A stretch of 41,433 bases of DNA, taken from NCBI GenBank assembly GCA_030834065.1, contig JAURFX010000003.1:1-41433 (forward strand), given 5' to 3'. Made by a program: the position numbers and the translations under genes. The notes beneath the pieces were generated by a model. That model was not told where the DNA came from. It saw only the letters and a list, made by a program, of their open reading frames with translations, and ran no database searches. Below are positions 36,471 to 41,433 of this stretch, one piece after another. Origin of the DNA: Gammaproteobacteria bacterium (GTDB lineage: Bacteria > Pseudomonadota > Gammaproteobacteria > Steroidobacterales > Rariloculaceae). The stretch's first letter is position 1. Each line of letters opens with the position of its first letter.

Positions 36471-37419
36471 TTAAAGCACTCAATAAGTGAATCATCTCTT
36501 TAGGGACATCAGCTTGCAATTGCATTTCCTCTTCAAGTCGTGGATGAGAAAAAATTATTTGATGCGCATGTAACATTTGTGATCTCAAGTCTGTGAGAAC
36601 CTCAATAAATTTAGCATCAGCATTTTTAGGAAGTCTAAGTCTTCCTCCATAAATTTTATCTCCCAATAAAGGAAAGCCTAACTGAGCCAAATGAACTCTT
36701 ATCTGATGCGTTCTCCCTGTAATGATTTTTACATCTAATAGCGCATAGTTATTAAATTTCTTTTTAACAGTAAATTCGGTAATTGCCTCCTTCCCATCAT
36801 CTCTAACTTGCATTTTTTTTCTATCTTTATGATGCCTACCAATCGGTAAATTAACTTGCTCACCAGCAATTGGTACCCCTTGTACAACAGCAAGATATTT
36901 CTTTTGAATGTGTCTATTTTTCATTTGCAGGATCAAATGTTGATGTGAAATTAAAGTCTTGGCAATGATTAAAATTCCAGAGGTATCCTTGTCTAGGCGA
37001 TGAACAATACCGGCTCTTGGAATTTGCTCAAGAGTTGAATCGTAAGCTAAGAGTGCATTTTGAAGTGTATTGTCTAAATTACCCGCACCAGGATGAACGA
37101 CTAACCCTACAGGCTTATTAATTGCTAATAAATCATCATCCTCAAAAATAATCTTTAGAGACATAGGCATTGGCTTAATCTCATTGCTTGGATGATTTAC
37201 TTCAGCATTAATAGTGATCATGTCATTTTCCTGAACACTGTAGTCTGAGTCTATAGCACTATCATTAACAAGAATTTGGCCTAGCTTAATCCACTGCTGT
37301 ATTCGATTCCTTGATAGCTCCTCGATAGATTGTGCAAGATACTGGTCAATTCTAGTCCCTACATTTTCAGACTGAACCTTAATTGTTGACGTAAATAAAT
37401 GCTTTTTTTGATTATTCAT
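36454..37419 (-). CDS. rluD: 23S rRNA pseudouridine synthase RluD
   Basis: S4 domain RIDQYLA..SR..IQ.WI, NKP.GLVVHPGAG, GIVHRLDKDTSG, TGRTHQIRVH, LHA. Confidence 0.96.
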   Translation of the reverse strand: MNNQKKHLFTSTIKVQSENVGTRIDQYLAQSIEELSRNRIQQWIKLGQILVNDSAIDSDYSVQENDMITINAEVNHPSNEIKPMPMSLKIIFEDDDLLAINKPVGLVVHPGAGNLDNTLQNALLAYDSTLEQIPRAGIVHRLDKDTSGILIIAKTLISHQHLILQMKNRHIQKKYLAVVQGVPIAGEQVNLPIGRHHKDRKKMQVRDDGKEAITEFTVKKKFNNYALLDVKIITGRTHQIRVHLAQLGFPLLGDKIYGGRLRLPKNADAKFIEVLTDLRSQMLHAHQIIFSHPRLEEEMQLQADVPKEMIHLLSALNEYNT

Positions 37420-37427
37420 AGAAATTT

Positions 37428-38189
37428 ATGTTTTCAAAATGTAATATTACACACATGCCTCGTGCCGTAAAAAATATCTGCCTCATAATAAGTATAATTC
37501 TCTTCTTAAGCGCTTGCGCAACAAGGCGAGACTTTATATTGCCGGGTGAAGGGCCAGAGGTTCTCTATCAAATGGGTTATGACGCGATGGTTGAGGGTGA
37601 TTTTCAAGATGCCATAGCTTATTATCGTGCACTGCAGGGAAGATTCCCATTTAGTACTGCAGCAAGGCAGTCGCAACTAGATACAATATATATTCACTTT
37701 CGATCAGGCGATCGTGAACTTGCAATCAGCTCGTCTGAAGGATTCGAGTCAGAAAATCCAACTCATCCACGAGTTGATTATGCACTTTATATGCGGGGTA
37801 TCTCTTATTTTGATCGAGAAAGGGACTGGCTAGAGAGGCGATTCAATGTTGATTTAAATGTTCGCCCCCCTAGGGATACGATGCTTGCATTTAGTACCTT
37901 TCAAGAATTACTCAGACGATATCCAAATAGTCCTTATGCATCAGATAGCAGAAATAGAATGATCTTTCTAAGGGATAGACTAGCTGCTTATGAAAAAAGT
38001 ATCGCAGACTTTTATTATGATCGTGGTGCTTATGTGGGTGCTATCAATAGAGCCAATGCTTTAATAGAACGCTATCCTGGTGCGCCTGTCATAGAAGATA
38101 GTCTGCTACTAATTCAAAATTCATACTTAGCGCTTGGTTTAAATGATGAAGCCAATGCAGTAAATAGGATATTAGATTTAAATTTCTAG
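37428..38189 (+). CDS. bamD: outer membrane protein assembly lipoprotein BamD
   Basis: Lipobox LSAC, TPR motifs (RFPFS, PTHPRVDYALYMRG, RYPNS.YA.D, LA.YE..IA.FY..RGAYV.A.NRA); divergent from rluD. The start may be the ATG at 37455. Confidence 0.95.
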   Translation: MFSKCNITHMPRAVKNICLIISIILFLSACATRRDFILPGEGPEVLYQMGYDAMVEGDFQDAIAYYRALQGRFPFSTAARQSQLDTIYIHFRSGDRELAISSSEGFESENPTHPRVDYALYMRGISYFDRERDWLERRFNVDLNVRPPRDTMLAFSTFQELLRRYPNSPYASDSRNRMIFLRDRLAAYEKSIADFYYDRGAYVGAINRANALIERYPGAPVIEDSLLLIQNSYLALGLNDEANAVNRILDLNF

Positions 38190-39776
38190 TTAGTATCCTG
38201 AGGTAATAGGATATCGCCAGTCTTTTCCAAAGGCTCTTGATGTAATCTTGACTCCTGGAGGTGCCTGCCTTCTTTTATACTCGTTACGTTTGACTAAATT
38301 TAAGACCTTAATGACTGTATTTCTATCAAATCCATTTTTCTCAATTTGATCGACACTGCAATCATGCTCAATAAATAGCTCAAGTATTGGATCAAGTACA
38401 TCGTAAGGTGGTAGGCTGTCAGTATCTTTTTGGTCTGGAGCAAGTTCTGCCGTAGGTTCACGCTCAATGACCCTATTAGGGATAATCGATTTAATTGAGT
38501 TTACGTATCTTGCAAGCTCGTATACCAATGTTTTGCTGCAGTCCTTAATAGGTGCAAAACCACCGGCCATATCTCCATAAAGTGTAGAGTATCCTACCGC
38601 CATCTCGCTTTTATTTCCGGTCGTCAGAAGCAGTGAATCAAATTTGTTTGATAGTGCCATTAAAATGAGGCCTCTTATTCTGCTTTGGATATTTTCTTCC
38701 GTAACATCTTTTTCGTACCCATGAAATACATCTCTTAACGTATGATCAAAAGTATTCATAACGTCAGAGATTCCAATCACATCAAGTTGAACCCTCAATA
38801 AATCTGCTTGGCTTTTAGCGTCCTCCACTGACATGCTGGAGGTAAACATCGAAGGCATCATTACTGCCCTAACTCCCTCGGCTCCAATAGCATCACAGGC
38901 AATAGCTAAAGTTAATGCCGAATCAATGCCCCCAGATAATCCTAATAAAACCGAAGAAAAATTATTTTTTTGAATATAATCCCTTGTGCCCAAGACCAAT
39001 GCATTATAAATAAGCTCAATATTATTACTTTCTAATCTTTTCTCAGCCTTACACAAATTTTGAGAGGAAAACTCAAAGCTGACTGATCCCTCCTCAAAGG
39101 GCTTTGCTTTAATGATTTCTTCTCCGTCTGCATTTAATACAAAAGAACTTCCATCAAAAATTAATTCATCTTGACCACCAACTAGGTTTACATAAATAAC
39201 AGGAAGTTGGCATTCTTTTGCTCTTTTTATGGCAAGGACTCTCCTACTTTCTATTTTATTATAATCAAAAGGCGAGCCATTAATTACGAGTATGCAGTCT
39301 GTTTTTTCTGAAAAAGATTTAGAAAAAATATTATCATCCCAGAAGTCTTCGCAAATTAGTAATGCAAAATTTACCCCTTCATGATTTATGAAAATAGGCT
39401 CATTACCCTCGCTAAAATATCTTTTTTCATCAAATACTGAATAATTAGGAAGACTTCTTTTTTTATAGATTGATTCGATTTTTCCATCATGGATATAAAG
39501 AGCAGCATTAAAAATTTTTCCCTCTTCATAGTAGGGTGTGCCTAGAATAAGAGAAACTCCTTCTCTGGTTTTATTTTTTAGAATATCTGTGGCTCTACTG
39601 ATTCTTTTTTGAATACCCGAATGAAACAATAGATCCTCTGGAGGATATCCGGATAAAGCCAGCTCAGGGAAAATGCATAATTGCCCTTTAGATGCTGCTA
39701 AATGCCTGATGATTAAATCGCAATTTTTCTCTATATTGCCAACAATTGGATTAAGCTGTATTAAATTGACCCTCAA
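38190..39776 (-). CDS. nadE: glutamine-dependent NAD+ synthetase
   Basis: Nitrilase-like domain ([31 protein letters not shown]) plus synthetase domain ([30 protein letters not shown]). Confidence 0.97.
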   Translation of the reverse strand: MRVNLIQLNPIVGNIEKNCDLIIRHLAASKGQLCIFPELALSGYPPEDLLFHSGIQKRISRATDILKNKTREGVSLILGTPYYEEGKIFNAALYIHDGKIESIYKKRSLPNYSVFDEKRYFSEGNEPIFINHEGVNFALLICEDFWDDNIFSKSFSEKTDCILVINGSPFDYNKIESRRVLAIKRAKECQLPVIYVNLVGGQDELIFDGSSFVLNADGEEIIKAKPFEEGSVSFEFSSQNLCKAEKRLESNNIELIYNALVLGTRDYIQKNNFSSVLLGLSGGIDSALTLAIACDAIGAEGVRAVMMPSMFTSSMSVEDAKSQADLLRVQLDVIGISDVMNTFDHTLRDVFHGYEKDVTEENIQSRIRGLILMALSNKFDSLLLTTGNKSEMAVGYSTLYGDMAGGFAPIKDCSKTLVYELARYVNSIKSIIPNRVIEREPTAELAPDQKDTDSLPPYDVLDPILELFIEHDCSVDQIEKNGFDRNTVIKVLNLVKRNEYKRRQAPPGVKITSRAFGKDWRYPITSGY

Positions 39777-40642
39777 TCCAAGGCCTTTTTAATAGCTTCG
39801 CCCAATTCAGCTGGAGATCGCACAGTGATAACACCAGCATGCTCGAGCGCCTTATATTTCTCGTCTGCGGTCCCTTTTCCTCCAGAAACTATGGCGCCTG
39901 CATGCCCCATTCTCTTCCCAGGGGGGGCGGTTACACCAGCAATATAAGCCACCACAGGCTTACTTACATGATGTTTAATATAGTCTGCTGCTGCTTCCTC
40001 GTCCGTGCCACCAATTTCGCCGACCATAATGATTCCTTTAGTCTTTGGATCTTGTTCAAAAAGCTCAAGGCAATCTATAAAATTCATTCCTCGTACTGGA
40101 TCTCCACCAATACCGACACAAGTCGTCTGTCCAAGCCCTACATTAGTTGTTTGATGGACAGCCTCATAGGTTAAGGTCCCCGAACGAGAGACAATTCCAA
40201 TAGAGCCTGGCTGATGAATAAATCCTGGCATGATTCCAATTTTTGCCTCTCCAGGCGTAATAATACCCGGACAATTAGGCCCGATTAGTCTACAGTTATA
40301 CCTTTTTAGTGCGGACTTCACTTTTACCATGTCAAGAACAGGTACGCCTTCTGTGATACATACAATTAGTTGTATGCCTGCGTCAGCTGCTTCCAAAATA
40401 GCGTCAGCTGTAAAAGGTGCTGGAACATAAATCATTGAAACATCTGCTCCGGTTGCAACAACAGCATCTTTGGTTGTATTAAATACTGGGACCCCAAGGT
40501 GCTGCGTTCCACCTTTACCGGGTGTCACACCTCCAACAATATTTGTTCCATATTTAATACACTGTTCTGTGTGAAAGCTACCTTGCTTACCAGTAATTCC
40601 CTGACAGATAATTTTAGAATCTTTATTTACAAGAATACTCAT
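39773..40642 (-). CDS. sucD: succinyl-CoA synthetase alpha subunit
   Basis: [35 protein letters not shown] phospho-His motif. Confidence 0.99.
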   Translation of the reverse strand: MSILVNKDSKIICQGITGKQGSFHTEQCIKYGTNIVGGVTPGKGGTQHLGVPVFNTTKDAVVATGADVSMIYVPAPFTADAILEAADAGIQLIVCITEGVPVLDMVKVKSALKRYNCRLIGPNCPGIITPGEAKIGIMPGFIHQPGSIGIVSRSGTLTYEAVHQTTNVGLGQTTCVGIGGDPVRGMNFIDCLELFEQDPKTKGIIMVGEIGGTDEEAAADYIKHHVSKPVVAYIAGVTAPPGKRMGHAGAIVSGGKGTADEKYKALEHAGVITVRSPAELGEAIKKALD

Positions 40643-41433
40643 TTGTCCCCCTTGGCAAGTCTGATTGCATCCTCTGCAGCTTTTGTTAAATCTGTGGCAG
40701 CAACAATTGAGAGCCCGCTATTGGCAAGTAATTGTCTTCCTTGGTCAACATTGGTTCCCTCAAGCCTTACAACGACTGGAATAGAGACACCTACTTGTTC
40801 GACCGCTGCAATAATGCCCTCTGCAATGAGATCGCATCTAACGATCCCACCAAAAATATTAACCAGAACAGCTTCAACTTTTTCATTGCTTAATATAATT
40901 TTAAAGGCCTCAGCAACCCTTTCAGCAGTGGCACCTCCGCCTACATCTAAGAAATTTGCCGGCTTCCCGCCTTTGAGCTGGATTAGATCCATGGTTGCCA
41001 TTGCTAGGCCGGCACCATTTACCATGCATGCAATGTTTCCATCCAAGGTTACATAATTAAGATCATGCTTAGCAGCTTCAATCTCATTAGCATCCTCTTG
41101 GGTTAAGTCTCTTAATTCTGCGATAGACTTTTGCCGAAAGAGCGCATTGTCTTCAATATTTATTTTTGCGTCCAGGGCAATTAAATTACCCTGCTTAGTG
41201 ACAATTAAGGGATTAATTTCAATCAGACTGGCGTCTATATCAACAAATAATTTATGTAAATTTTTTAAAATATTTGCGAATTCTTTTGACATAGACCCAT
41301 CTAATCCAAGCGTGTAAGAAATGTTTCTTACTTGATAACCAGATACACCGACAGCAGGATCAATAAGAACTGTGCAAATTTTTTCTGGCTCCTTTTCTGC
41401 AACTTCCTCGATATCCATGCCACCAGCTGCAGA
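40639..41433 (-). CDS. sucC: succinyl-CoA synthetase beta subunit, 5' end truncated by window edge
   Basis: [17 protein letters not shown]...[37 protein letters not shown]. The frame stays open to the window end. Confidence 0.99.
   Translation of the reverse strand, partial: SAAGGMDIEEVAEKEPEKICTVLIDPAVGVSGYQVRNISYTLGLDGSMSKEFANILKNLHKLFVDIDASLIEINPLIVTKQGNLIALDAKINIEDNALFRQKSIAELRDLTQEDANEIEAAKHDLNYVTLDGNIACMVNGAGLAMATMDLIQLKGGKPANFLDVGGGATAERVAEAFKIILSNEKVEAVLVNIFGGIVRCDLIAEGIIAAVEQVGVSIPVVVRLEGTNVDQGRQLLANSGLSIVAATDLTKAAEDAIRLAKGDK

Noticed and set aside
570-41056. Numerous short alternative-frame or antisense ORFs in the track (e.g. 570-755, 6033-6395, 7719-8264, 10350-10553, 39839-40174, 40499-41056)
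   Set aside because: They lie within well-supported genes on another frame or strand and show no recognisable motifs, so they are shadow ORFs.
1-41433. CRISPR arrays, IS elements, prophage, rRNA, riboswitches
   Set aside because: Intergenic gaps are all under about 80 bp, with no repeat-spacer periodicity and no transposase, integrase or phage-like ORFs. A covariance-model search was not possible.

Overview
AT-rich, very compact 41.4 kb bacterial chromosome segment. The right half (24.6-41.4 kb) is ordinary gammaproteobacterial core synteny: tRNA-Ser(GCT)-csrA-alaS-recX-recA-pncC, nudB-aspS-fmdB-like, clpB-pgeF-rluD/bamD, nadE-sucD-sucC. The left half holds two accessory modules. (1) 1-10.4 kb is a GntR-controlled divergent catabolic locus for an unknown substrate: an AprA-like flavoprotein, a 2x[4Fe-4S] ferredoxin, a TctABC transporter, a creatininase-family hydrolase, a cupin, a frameshifted Gfo/Idh/MocA oxidoreductase and a 2-hydroxyacid dehydrogenase. 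(2) 12.5-23.6 kb is one tightly coupled heme operon: hemA-C-D-B-L, sensor kinase, response regulator, hemE, chdC(hemQ)-like, actinobacterial-type ferrochelatase, MAO-like flavoprotein. The most notable signals are in this operon. A two-component system sits between hemL and hemE, as Leptospira HemKR does, and an exact TGACA-N6-TGACA direct repeat (the motif I recall for Leptospira HemR) lies just upstream of hemA. The terminal genes point to the coproporphyrin-dependent heme route, which is unusual for a gammaproteobacterium. No canonical porphyrinogen oxidase is present in the window, and a monoamine-oxidase-like gene occupies the end of the operon. No CRISPR array, rRNA, integrase or transposase was seen. 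All calls come from reading motifs by eye; no database search was run.
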